A DNA stretch of 64,000 bases from Thermodesulfobacteriota bacterium (GTDB taxonomy: Bacteria; Desulfobacterota; Desulfuromonadia; Desulfuromonadales; Geoalkalibacteraceae). The stretch's first letter is position 1, and each line of letters starts with the position of its first letter. The DNA is taken from contig JAXHUR010000005.1 of the NCBI GenBank assembly GCA_034189505.1, forward strand, positions 456 to 64,455, in the 5' to 3' direction. The notes beneath the pieces were generated by a model that saw only the letters and a program-made list of their open reading frames with translations, made no database searches and was not told the origin of the DNA. Shown here one piece after another: positions 1-8,055 of this stretch. The position numbers and the translations under genes were made by a program.

Positions 1-2
1 TT

Positions 3-212
3 ATTTCAAAAATTCCAATTGCAGGCTGGATTCTCAATGGGGAGGATGAGTCACTGATCATGACTCATTTTCGTGTAAAGGGAGACCGCAGAAGCCCCGA
101 GGTCGAAGCGATCCCCATCACATCCATTTCAGAGAAGGTTCGCGGCGTTTTCAGGCGGGTGCTGGGGTTGCCGGCAAAGGTTTTCTCCGATCTGGAAAAG
201 GCAACTCAGTAG
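3..212 (+). CDS. 3' end of a gene entering from the left edge; C-terminal segment resembling AsmA/YhdP-like (AsmA_2-type) envelope proteins
   Basis: Frame 3 is open from the window edge to TAG 210-212. It is absent from the ORF track because it has no long in-window start. My translation: ISKIPIAGWILNGEDESLIMTHFRVKGDRRSPEVEAIPITSISEKVRGVFRRVLGLPAKVFSDLEKATQ*. The IPxxGxIL...F.V.G....P.V pattern matches what I recall of AsmA-family C-termini; this is motif memory only. Confidence 0.4.
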   Translation: MSKIPIAGWILNGEDESLIMTHFRVKGDRRSPEVEAIPITSISEKVRGVFRRVLGLPAKVFSDLEKATQ

Positions 213-255
213 GACGCAGGAGGCAGGCGGCACCTTCGGTGCGGGAAAAGGCCCC

Positions 256-972
256 TCAGGAACCTTGCTTTTCCCCTACATACACGCTTGCAATCCCGCC
301 GGTCTGGTCAACATGACGGATATTGGCAAAACCGGCATCCGCCATCATCGCCTTGAACTCTTTCCGCGAGGGAAACTCCAGCACGGAATCGGGCAGATAC
401 TGATAAGCGCTGCGTTTGGAGAAAAGGCCGCCGATAAAAGGCAGCAGGCGCAGAAAGTAGAAATAGTAGAGTTTCTTGAAGAGCGCGTTCGTCGGGGTGG
501 AAAATTCCAGGATCACCACCCGTCCGCCGGGCTTGAGTACACGCCACATCTCACGCAGCCCGGCGGCGCGGTCCACCACGTTGCGGATACCGAATGCGAT
601 GGTCACACCATCGAACACCCCGGCAGGGTGGGGAATCGTCTCACAGGGCGCATTGACCAGAAAAATCCGCCCGGCGAAAGGGGACTGATCGATCTTCTCC
701 CGGCCGCGCACCAGCATCCCCTGGGTGAAATCCTCGCCGACAATCTTTACCGAATCAGGCGTTTGGCGGGCAATCTCCAGAGCCACGTCCCCGGTACCGG
801 TGGCCAGGTCCAGGACACACCCGTTGTCCGGAATCTCCAGACAACCAACGGCAAAGGTCCGCCAGCGGCGGTCGATTCCCAAAGACAACAGACGATTGAG
901 CAGATCATAGCGGGGAGCAATCGCATCGAACATCTCACGGATGCGGCGCCCCTTTTCGGAAAGCTGAAACAT
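256..972 (-). CDS. ubiE: Demethylmenaquinone/ubiquinone methyltransferase (UbiE/MenG family)
   Basis: N-terminus MFDAIAPRYDLLNRLLSLGIDRRWR and SAM motif VLDLATGTGD are typical of UbiE/MenG. AGGAG (982-986, minus sense) lies 9 nt from ATG 972, so I prefer 972 to the track start 981. Confidence 0.9.
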   Translation of the reverse strand: MFQLSEKGRRIREMFDAIAPRYDLLNRLLSLGIDRRWRTFAVGCLEIPDNGCVLDLATGTGDVALEIARQTPDSVKIVGEDFTQGMLVRGREKIDQSPFAGRIFLVNAPCETIPHPAGVFDGVTIAFGIRNVVDRAAGLREMWRVLKPGGRVVILEFSTPTNALFKKLYYFYFLRLLPFIGGLFSKRSAYQYLPDSVLEFPSRKEFKAMMADAGFANIRHVDQTGGIASVYVGEKQGS

Positions 973-1094
973 GAATATCATCTCCTGGCGGTATTCTCGG
1001 TGCCTGTTTTTGTATCACAAGCCCCGAAAGCGCGCCAGCCATTTTGCCGAAGACCTCTTACAACGCACGATTACGGCCAACAAGGAGAACATGC

Positions 1095-1526
1095 ATGCCG
1101 CCACTTCTGGTCACCGCCGCCATCATCCGGTGCGAGGATCGCATCCTGCTCACCCGGCGCCCTCCCCATGTGCGCCTCGGCGGATGGTGGGAGTTTCCCG
1201 GGGGTAAGCTTGATGAAGAAGAGTCACCGCAAGAAGGCCTGCGGCGCGAGATTATCGAGGAGTTAGGGATCGAAATCGAGGTCGGACCCATCTTCGAGGT
1301 GGTATACTACCGTTACGAGCGCGGGCCGGTGCTGATCATGGCCTATGAATGCAGACAGTGCGACGACCGCCCGATTCGCAATATCGAAGTCTGTGACCAC
1401 CGCTGGATCCTGCCAACGCAACTCGACCAGTTCGAAATACTGCCGGCGGATCAGCCCATTGTCGAAAAATTGAGAATCAGCGCAATACCAGGATCTGAAG
1501 GACAGTATGCCATAACAGACTTTTAA
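1095..1526 (+). CDS. Nudix hydrolase (MutT/NudG-like nucleoside triphosphate pyrophosphohydrolase)
   Basis: Nudix box GGWWEFPGGKLDEEESPQEGLRREIIEELG (GX5EX7REUXEEXGU). AGGAG sits 7 nt upstream of ATG 1095; the track start 1044 looks over-extended. Confidence 0.85.
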   Translation: MPPLLVTAAIIRCEDRILLTRRPPHVRLGGWWEFPGGKLDEEESPQEGLRREIIEELGIEIEVGPIFEVVYYRYERGPVLIMAYECRQCDDRPIRNIEVCDHRWILPTQLDQFEILPADQPIVEKLRISAIPGSEGQYAITDF

Positions 1527-1633
1527 GTTTGACAAAAATAAAACAGCGTATTAGTTTCGTGACGATAAGCCCATATTAGATATAACAGCGAATAAGTTTC
1601 CACTAATTGCGCCAAGGAAGGAGAATTCAATTC

Positions 1634-1939
1634 ATGGATTCCCCCCCCCGGTTGGAAGTCAATTTTTTCCGGCCCAGCACGCCGAATATGCAGAACGAGG
1701 TCGCAGTGGCCCGCATTGTTCTGCTGTTCTGGTTTATTCTGAGCTGCGGCGTTCCCGTGACCATCTGGCTGGCAGGCCTGGGAGACCCCAGCGGCCTGGG
1801 TCGCTCTGTTCTGACCGAGACGCGTTTTCTCGGCTTTCCTCTGCACTACTGGCTGGTGGCGCAGGGATGCACCATCGGCTACGTTCTGCTGTGCAAATTG
1901 TATTGCCTGCTGTGGGATAAAAAAGTCCGCAGGAGATAG
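1634..1939 (+). CDS. DUF4212-type small membrane subunit associated with sodium:solute symporters
   Basis: About 101 aa with two hydrophobic helices and a FLGFPLHYWLVAQG motif. It lies 28 nt upstream of an SSS permease, which is the canonical pairing. GGAAGGAGA SD about 8 nt before ATG 1634. Confidence 0.75.
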   Translation: MDSPPRLEVNFFRPSTPNMQNEVAVARIVLLFWFILSCGVPVTIWLAGLGDPSGLGRSVLTETRFLGFPLHYWLVAQGCTIGYVLLCKLYCLLWDKKVRRR

Positions 1940-1967
1940 TTTCCCGCGTCGCTGGAAGGTTGGTTCA

Positions 1968-3680
1968 ATGAAAAGATTTTTCTTTTGGATGCCTCTGGGA
2001 CTGTTTCTGTTCACCGCCGCACCGCTGTGGGGCGCGGGCGAGGAGATCTTTCAGATCGAGAGAGGGTTCAAGCTGGTTCCGGCCCTGATTATGGCCGCAA
2101 CCCTCTGCGTGTATATCGGAGTGGGTTTCTTATCTAAAGTTTCAACCACTTCCGGTTACTGGGTCGCGGGACAGGGAATCGGCAAATACGGCAACGGCGC
2201 CGCTATCGCTTCGGACTGGATGTCGGCCGCTTCGTTCATGGGGGTCGCAGGGCTGCTTTACCTCAAAGGCTGGTTCGGCCTGGGCTACATCATCGGCTGG
2301 ACCGGCGGCTACGTCCTGTTATTGGTCCTGCTGGCCGCACAGATCCGACGCTTCGGCAAATACACGATTCCTGAATTTCTTGGTGACCGCTATGACTGCC
2401 ATTCGGTACGCCTGATCGCGGCCGCTGTGACCGTCATCATCGCCATCACCTATTCCACGGCCCAGTTCAAAGGGATCGGCCTGATCTGTGGCTGGATCTT
2501 CGGAATGAGCTACACCGCCAGCGTCTTTTTCGCCGCCGGCGTGGTGCTGGCCTACCTGCTGATCAGCGGCATGTCGGGCGTCACGCGCAACCAGCAGATT
2601 CAGTACGTGGTGCTGATCTCCGCATTCCTGATTCCGCTGTGGATCCTGATCAAAAAGGCGGGCGGAGCCGGCATCCTGCCGCAGCTTGAGTATGGTACCG
2701 TGCTGTCAGGGCTGATGGAAGGCCAGGTTGCCCCGGCAGCAGGGGGGCAACTAACCGGCAAAGAACTGGCCGAAGCTTCCCGTACGTTTCTCCCCTGGGG
2801 AACGGGGGGCAATATTTACCATTTCCTGGCACTGGTCTTTACCCTGATGGTGGGCACGGCCGGCCTGCCTCATATCATGATCCGTTTTTACACCGTCAAA
2901 AATGAAGATATTGCTCGCAAATCGGTACTCTGGGGATTGTTTTTCATCGGGCTGCTCTATTGGTCCTCTCCAGTGTATGCGGTGATGGGGAAATTCTGGA
3001 ACCCCCTTGGCGGACAGGCGGTGGCCGATGTCATTATCCTGAGCGCCCCGGAACGGGCGGGGCTGGGGCCGGCCTTCCTCGGCTACCTCGCATCGGGAGC
3101 CCTTGCGGCTGGCATCTCTACTGTGGCTGGGCTCCTTGTTGCAGGTGCCTCCGCGGTCGCGCACGACTGGTATGCTACCATTTTTCGCCCTGAGAGCACC
3201 GACCGCCAGCAGCTTTTCGTCGGGCGTGTGATTACGGCGGTTCTGTGCGCAATCGTGGTGCTGACAGCCCTCAACCCGCCCGCGCTGATTGCTCAGATTG
3301 TGGCCATGGCTTTTGCCATAGCCGGCAACACTATTTTCCCCGCCTGCGTGCTGGCGGTGTGGTATTCGCGTTCCAACAAATACGGCGCTTTGGCAGGAAT
3401 GATTTTCGGGCTGGCCATGACCCTGATCGCCATGGTCGGCTGGGTCATGCGTGTGCCGCTGTTCTCTGCCGACGGTCTTCTTCCGGCGACCTCCTCGGCC
3501 CTGATCGTCTGCCCCCTGGCGTTTCTCATCAATATTGTGGTTTCCAACATCACTTATGAGCGCATCAGTGACGAATCGGCACAACGCAGTGACCGGGTGC
3601 TGCGCAAACTGCACAATGTCCCGATCCCCGTGGCAGCCCCTGATCCCGATGAATATACGCCGCCGCGGCGCACCCATTAA
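1968..3680 (+). CDS. Sodium:solute symporter family permease (ActP/VC_2705-like, probable monocarboxylate transporter)
   Basis: 570 aa and multi-pass hydrophobic throughout, with an SSS-family appearance and pairing to DUF4212. ATG 1968 is preceded by GGAAGG. Substrate cannot be assigned from sequence. Confidence 0.85.
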   Translation: MKRFFFWMPLGLFLFTAAPLWGAGEEIFQIERGFKLVPALIMAATLCVYIGVGFLSKVSTTSGYWVAGQGIGKYGNGAAIASDWMSAASFMGVAGLLYLKGWFGLGYIIGWTGGYVLLLVLLAAQIRRFGKYTIPEFLGDRYDCHSVRLIAAAVTVIIAITYSTAQFKGIGLICGWIFGMSYTASVFFAAGVVLAYLLISGMSGVTRNQQIQYVVLISAFLIPLWILIKKAGGAGILPQLEYGTVLSGLMEGQVAPAAGGQLTGKELAEASRTFLPWGTGGNIYHFLALVFTLMVGTAGLPHIMIRFYTVKNEDIARKSVLWGLFFIGLLYWSSPVYAVMGKFWNPLGGQAVADVIILSAPERAGLGPAFLGYLASGALAAGISTVAGLLVAGASAVAHDWYATIFRPESTDRQQLFVGRVITAVLCAIVVLTALNPPALIAQIVAMAFAIAGNTIFPACVLAVWYSRSNKYGALAGMIFGLAMTLIAMVGWVMRVPLFSADGLLPATSSALIVCPLAFLINIVVSNITYERISDESAQRSDRVLRKLHNVPIPVAAPDPDEYTPPRRTH

Positions 3681-3691
3681 GGCGCTGGTCC

Positions 3692-3919
3692 TTGAAGTTT
3701 TTCGCTCGCAAGCGGTGCTCTCTGCTGTTCGCCGGGGCAGGATTGGCCCTGATGGGGCTTGATCTGATGCTGACCCGCGATTTTTTTACTCACATCGGTG
3801 AACTGATGGCGGCCAGCCTGCTGTGTTTCGCCGCCGCCATCTATCTCGACCGCTCGCCACGCCCAAAAGCCCCCTCGCACGACCAGGATGCATCAAAGGA
3901 TTCAAAAGGTCCGGATTAA
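3692..3919 (+). CDS. Hypothetical small membrane protein (two predicted TM segments)
   Basis: TTG start 11 nt after the symporter stop. Hydrophobic stretches LLFAGAGLALMGLDLML and LMAASLLCFAAAIYL. No family recognised; it may be non-coding. Confidence 0.35.
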   Translation: MKFFARKRCSLLFAGAGLALMGLDLMLTRDFFTHIGELMAASLLCFAAAIYLDRSPRPKAPSHDQDASKDSKGPD

Positions 3920-3956
3920 CGCAGGTTAAACGAATAAAATGTTGCCCTTTCCAGGT

Positions 3957-4108
3957 ATGATGCTAATGTTGATGGCGTCTCAAAAACTCACCAACTGCTG
4001 CGTTGCTGCAATTGCTCTCGCTGCTTCGACGTACCTAAGTACGCCTCATTGCTCGACAATCGCGCGCCTTGCATTTGGCGCTTTTTGCTTAGCCATCGAC
4101 ATTGATGC
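3957..4108 (+). other. Long imperfect inverted repeat (candidate structured RNA or leader element)
   Basis: Centre CGTAC-CTAA-GTACG (4030-4043). Colinear complementary blocks: GATGGC 3971-3976 / GCCATC 4092-4097, AAAAA 3982-3986 / TTTTT 4082-4086, CCAA 3991-3994 / TTGG 4075-4078. Pairing between the blocks is poor, so the fold is tentative. Confidence 0.25.
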
Positions 4109-4130
4109 TTTTTTGCGAAAGCATCAATGT
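4099..4130 (+). other. Perfect 10-bp hairpin (ACATTGATGC-N12-GCATCAATGT)
   Basis: Direct base-by-base pairing of 4099-4108 with 4121-4130, followed by the T-rich tract TAAGATTGTTTATTTTTT. It may be a first terminator or an anti-terminator partner. Confidence 0.5.
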
Positions 4131-4149
4131 TAAGATTGTTTATTTTTTC

Positions 4150-4178
4150 AACCCTCCGAACATTCCGGGGGGTTTTTT
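4150..4178 (+). terminator. Rho-independent terminator
   Basis: 9-bp stem AACCCTCCG / CGGGGGGTT (one G-U pair), 7-nt loop, T6 tract 4173-4178. Confidence 0.7.
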
Positions 4179-4209
4179 AACGACGCCATTTTCCACCGGG
4201 GATATCGGC

Positions 4210-6117
4210 TTGATCAGACATCTCAGAGAAAGCGAACCCTTCAACATCCTGCCGGACCATCTGTTTGAGGAACTCCGCAAAGCGGCTGTTCTGAAGAAAT
4301 TTCCGGCCAACACGCATATCTTCAAGCAGAACGATCGGCCGACCGGCTATCTCTATATCATCAAGGATGGACTGGTGGAGATTACCGTGATGAACCCCGG
4401 CGGGGTGGAGATGGTGGTGGACTATCGCAAGGAAGGGCAGTTTATCGGCGCCACACCGATCTTTACCGGGGAGCCCTATACCGGCGGCGCACGCGCAGTG
4501 CGCGCCACGGAGTGCTTCGTCATCAATGCGGATCAGGTGAAGAAGGTAGAGGAAGAATATCCTCGCATCGGCGAATATTTCACTCGCATCGTCCTTTCCC
4601 GGGTACGCAACCTCTATTCAGAGATCGTCACGGACCAGACCCAGGACGCCATCACCCAGATGGAGGCCTACCCCTTCAAAAAGCGCCTGTCTGAAATCAT
4701 GGCAACGCCGCCGGTCTGCTGCACGCCGCAGAATACCGCACGGGAGGTGGCCCGCAGGATTTCGGAGAAACGCGTCAGTTCGGTCCTCGTGTGCGAAAAG
4801 GATGGTTCGCTGGTAGGGATTATTACCGAGCGGGACCTGGTGGGAAAAGTGCTCAGTCTGCCGAATGTCGATCCGGATTCCATTCCCGCCGCCGCCATCA
4901 TGACGCCTCAGCCGCATTCCCTCGCCCCCGATACCTATATGTATGAAGCGATGGCCTACATGAGCGCGCATCGCATGCGGCATCTGCCGATTACTGACGG
5001 CAAGCAGGTGGTTGGCATCGTGACGCTGCGCGACCTGATGCGCTTTCGCAGCCAGAAAGCCATGCTGCTGGTCGGCAATGCGCGCCAGGCCAAGGATCTT
5101 GAAACCCTGGCAGCCATTCGCAGCGAGATCGCAACCGTCGCCCGCACCCTGCTGTCCGAAACCCGCTCTACCCCCGAAGTGATGGAGATCCTGAGCTACA
5201 TCCATCACACCATCATCCGCCGCACCTTCGATCTGTGCCTGGAAGAGATGAAGCAGCAGGGGCACCAACCGCCGGCAATCCGTTACTGCTTTCTGATCAT
5301 GGGAAGCGGCGGGCGCCGAGAGATGCTGCTGGATCCGGATCAGGACAACGGCTTTATTTTCGAAAACTATCCTGATGCGATGCAGGAGGAAATCGACGCC
5401 TTTTTCGTACCCTTCTCGGAGAAGATCGTCGATGCCCTCGCCGAAGTCGGCTATCCGCTCTGCCATGGCAAGGTCATGGTCAACAATCCTTTATGGCGGG
5501 GGCGCTTATGGGAATGGGATGAACGGATCGAGAACTGGGTCAACGAGCCGGAGCCGCAGAAGGTGCGCTACTCATCGATTTTCTTCGATTTCGTTCCCAT
5601 GGCCGGCGACGGGACCCTGGCCCAGGATCTGCGGGATATCGTGCATCGCCACATCCGCTCCTTCCAGGGCTTTCTCTATCACATGATGTCCCTGGATCTG
5701 CGCTACAAAGTGCCGATCGGCCTACTGGGGCGGTTTGTGCTGGAAAAAAGCGGTGAGCACAGAGGGGAGTTGTCTCTCAAGCACGGCGGCACGGTCTATA
5801 TCGTCGACTGCATCCGTATGTTCGCGCTGGAGCAGGAACTCTCCGAAGTCACCACCTTCGCCCGACTGGAAGCCTTGGTGAAAAGAAATGTGTTTGCCCC
5901 GGAGACCGCCGAACATATCCGGGCGGCGTTCGAGGCACTGACCTTTCTGAGGCTGCGGAACGAAATCGCCCTGGTACAGGCCGGCCGCAAACCCAGCCAT
6001 CACATCAATCCATACAATCTGTCCAAGACCGAGCAGGATCTATTGCGGGAGTCCTTCCAGGCAGTCGGCAAGCTGCAGGACGCCACCAAGCGTCATTTCG
6101 CAAAAACGCCCTTTTAA
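4210..6117 (+). CDS. cNMP-binding + tandem CBS + DUF294 nucleotidyltransferase + DUF294_C signal-transduction protein
   Basis: cNMP-like barrel (FPANTHIFKQNDRPTGYLYIIKDG...). Two CBS motifs (IMATPPVCC...GIITERDLVGKV; IMTPQPHSL...GIVTLRDLMRF). Nucleotidyltransferase signature IMGSGGRREMLLDPDQDNG (G-S...D-x-D). The start is uncertain. TTG 4210 (GGGGA 7 nt upstream) gives about 635 aa. ATG 4105 would add 35 aa that span the hairpin and terminator. Confidence 0.8.
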   Translation: MIRHLRESEPFNILPDHLFEELRKAAVLKKFPANTHIFKQNDRPTGYLYIIKDGLVEITVMNPGGVEMVVDYRKEGQFIGATPIFTGEPYTGGARAVRATECFVINADQVKKVEEEYPRIGEYFTRIVLSRVRNLYSEIVTDQTQDAITQMEAYPFKKRLSEIMATPPVCCTPQNTAREVARRISEKRVSSVLVCEKDGSLVGIITERDLVGKVLSLPNVDPDSIPAAAIMTPQPHSLAPDTYMYEAMAYMSAHRMRHLPITDGKQVVGIVTLRDLMRFRSQKAMLLVGNARQAKDLETLAAIRSEIATVARTLLSETRSTPEVMEILSYIHHTIIRRTFDLCLEEMKQQGHQPPAIRYCFLIMGSGGRREMLLDPDQDNGFIFENYPDAMQEEIDAFFVPFSEKIVDALAEVGYPLCHGKVMVNNPLWRGRLWEWDERIENWVNEPEPQKVRYSSIFFDFVPMAGDGTLAQDLRDIVHRHIRSFQGFLYHMMSLDLRYKVPIGLLGRFVLEKSGEHRGELSLKHGGTVYIVDCIRMFALEQELSEVTTFARLEALVKRNVFAPETAEHIRAAFEALTFLRLRNEIALVQAGRKPSHHINPYNLSKTEQDLLRESFQAVGKLQDATKRHFAKTPF

Positions 6118-6182
6118 CCCGGATTAACTGGGGAAGAATTCCCCGCATGCTGAAAAAAATCCGCTCTGCTCATCTTTTTTAT

Positions 6183-6224
6183 AAAGAAAGCCCCTCGCAG
6201 CAATTATCGCGAGGGGCTTTCTTT
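6183..6224. terminator. Bidirectional rho-independent terminator between convergent genes
   Basis: Perfect 16-bp stem AAAGAAAGCCCCTCGC / GCGAGGGGCTTTCTTT with a 10-nt loop. A/T runs on both sides serve both strands. Confidence 0.8.
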
Positions 6225-6434
6225 TAAGCTGTCAGCCGAAAATCTTCACGATTTATTTTTCGGCTCAAGAGTCCTGCGGTTCAGGACGCTAGATACTCCT
6301 CATCAGGAGCGCTTTGTAATTATTTTCATCTGTGGTTTCCGTTTTCGGGGATCCTCCTTTCTCCTTGCTTGCAGTTATATTTTCCCACAGAATTTCAAAA
6401 ATTCAAGAACCTCGAACAACTTTTTTGCCGCAAT

Positions 6435-6923
6435 TCAACGATCTGTCTTTTCCGACCGCCAACGGCTGAAAGGATTGCGGACCAGGCTGGAATTGTAATA
6501 GCGAGGATCTCCGGTCACTTCAGAGCCAACCCAGGGCGGCAATTCGATCTGCTGCCCCTCTTCCTCAAGTTCCACTTCCGCAACACACAACCCTTCATTT
6601 TCGCCGGCGAAGATATCCACCTCCCAGAGACGACCACCGAAAGACACCCGATAGCGGGTTTTCTCGATCAAAGGTCGCTGGCACAGCTCTTCCAGCATTT
6701 GCGCTGCATCCCTTGCGGGGATCTCATATTCATACTCTGCACGCACAGTCCCCCGGGCCGGGCCCTTGATGGTCAACACCCCCTGGTCATCGATCAATCT
6801 CACCCGCACCACCCCTTCGGGGCCGATGGAGATAAACCCCTGGCGCAAAAAAGAGCACGAGGTGGCCGCACTCTTCCATTCCAGGCCGTGAATAAGAAAT
6901 TTCCGTTCAATTTCCAGAGCCAA
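6435..6923 (-). CDS. CYTH-domain protein (triphosphate tunnel metalloenzyme, NeuTTM/CthTTM-like)
   Basis: N-terminal EIERKFL (ExExK) signature, about 160 aa, C-terminal PPWVGSEVTGDPRYYN typical of small bacterial TTMs. TTG start 6923 with GGAG 8 nt upstream. Confidence 0.8.
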   Translation of the reverse strand: MALEIERKFLIHGLEWKSAATSCSFLRQGFISIGPEGVVRVRLIDDQGVLTIKGPARGTVRAEYEYEIPARDAAQMLEELCQRPLIEKTRYRVSFGGRLWEVDIFAGENEGLCVAEVELEEEGQQIELPPWVGSEVTGDPRYYNSSLVRNPFSRWRSEKTDR

Positions 6924-6955
6924 TAAAACATCTCCTGATTATTTCTACATTCCAT

Positions 6956-7423
6956 TTAAAATATCGAAGCGAGCCGATCATAGGATTTTTCGAGACGGAT
7001 CGCAGTCGCAAGCAGAATTCCTTTAAGCAGACCGATTCCCACAGTGGGGTGTTCTTCGAGCAGACGATCGAAATCTTCGCGCCCCAACACAAGCAGATCC
7101 GTGTCTTCCAACGCTAAAACGGTGAAAGCCCTTGGATGATTTTCCAGAAGGCCAAACTCCCCAAGCACCGTGCCCGGTCCATAAACCCCGACCACCACCT
7201 GTTTTCCTTCAAACTGGGTATTCTTTTTTTCCTCAATGTGACCTGAGGCCACAAAAACCGTAGTGTCGCCCGGATCGCCTTCGGTCCAGAGAATTTCCCC
7301 CGCTGAAATCTGCAGACAGGTTAAGCGGGGTTTCAGGATTTCGATTGCCTCTTTATCGAGGTACCGGAAATATCGCATATCTTCCTTGATCTGGCGACAA
7401 ACGGCATCGGGAGTTTTCCTCAA
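6956..7423 (-). CDS. Stand-alone cyclic-nucleotide-binding-domain protein
   Basis: cNMP barrel with a glycine pattern and a PBC-like GEFGLLENHPRAFTV segment (Arg kept, following Ser/Thr replaced by Ala). TTG 7423 is preceded by a perfect AGGAGG (7431-7436) at 7 nt, embedded in the last mlaC codons. Confidence 0.75.
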   Translation of the reverse strand: MRKTPDAVCRQIKEDMRYFRYLDKEAIEILKPRLTCLQISAGEILWTEGDPGDTTVFVASGHIEEKKNTQFEGKQVVVGVYGPGTVLGEFGLLENHPRAFTVLALEDTDLLVLGREDFDRLLEEHPTVGIGLLKGILLATAIRLEKSYDRLASIF

Positions 7424-7425
7424 CG

Positions 7426-8031
7426 TTAAGCCTCCTTTGGTCGATTTTTCAATTCACCGATTTTGTTCCGCATCTGCTCGAACAGACCTTCCATCCCCTC
7501 CTTGCGGGCGATTTCAGTATAAGTGCCACGGTAGTTCCGCACCAGGCTGACTTTCTCCACAATGACATCATAGACCAGCCACTGGCCCTGGCGATCGACC
7601 AGTTTGTAGGAGATGGGGATTTCGGCGCTGTCGGTGATGATCAGAGTCTCGACCTCGGCTCTGCGACCGTCGATTTTTTCAGAGACAAAACGCACCTCCT
7701 CATCTGTATAGCTCTCGATACGCCCCAGGTAGTTTGCTTCCAGCAACTCGGAAAAGAGCTCCATGAAAGTCTCACGCTCGTCGGCATCGGCTTTTTTCCA
7801 GTAGGGTCCCAGCACCCACTGAGACATGGCCTGAAAATCGAAACGGGCCTTGATCAGCTCGGTCAAACGCTGGCGCTGCTGCTCACCTTTGATTGTGTCA
7901 TCCTTGAGCGTATCAATCACCTGCTCGACAGTCTGCTCGATTTGCGCCATAGGTCCAGTGTCGGCAGAAAGTGCCGGAACCGGGGACAGGCACAGCAGCA
8001 GACAGGCCGTCGCCATCCACTTGCTGAACAT
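7426..8031 (-). CDS. mlaC: Periplasmic phospholipid-binding protein MlaC (Ttg2D family)
   Basis: Signal peptide MFSKWMATACLLLCLSPVPALSA, MlaC/Ttg2D-like body (FDFQAMSQWVLGPYWKKA...), and mla operon context. Confidence 0.85.
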   Translation of the reverse strand: MFSKWMATACLLLCLSPVPALSADTGPMAQIEQTVEQVIDTLKDDTIKGEQQRQRLTELIKARFDFQAMSQWVLGPYWKKADADERETFMELFSELLEANYLGRIESYTDEEVRFVSEKIDGRRAEVETLIITDSAEIPISYKLVDRQGQWLVYDVIVEKVSLVRNYRGTYTEIARKEGMEGLFEQMRNKIGELKNRPKEA

Positions 8032-8055
8032 AGACTCACTCCTCGGGAGAAAATA

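Noticed and set aside
3939-4133. A 64-aa ORF (MLPFPGMMLMLMASQKLTNCC...) in the gap upstream of the DUF294 gene.
   Set aside because: I saw no SD. The composition is odd and Cys/Ala-rich, and it coincides exactly with the inverted-repeat and hairpin region. It is better explained as structured RNA/DNA than as coding sequence.
6296-6364. A micro-ORF (MKIITKRS*) downstream of the strong GGAGAAAGGAGG on the minus strand.
   Set aside because: The ATG lies 22 nt from the SD, which is too far, and the ORF is only 8 codons long. No alternative start codon lies at 5-10 nt.
6435-7423. The idea that the CYTH protein is a class IV adenylate cyclase making cAMP for the adjacent cNMP-binding proteins, forming a self-contained cAMP circuit.
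   Set aside because: The EIERKFL N-terminus, the ~160-aa size and the C-terminal PPW.G.EVT.D.RY motif match the NeuTTM/CthTTM-type triphosphatases. As far as I recall, these hydrolyse tripolyphosphate or NTPs rather than cyclise ATP. The neighbouring cNMP domain also has a non-canonical phosphate-binding cassette. I kept it only as a low-level hypothesis within the mla finding.
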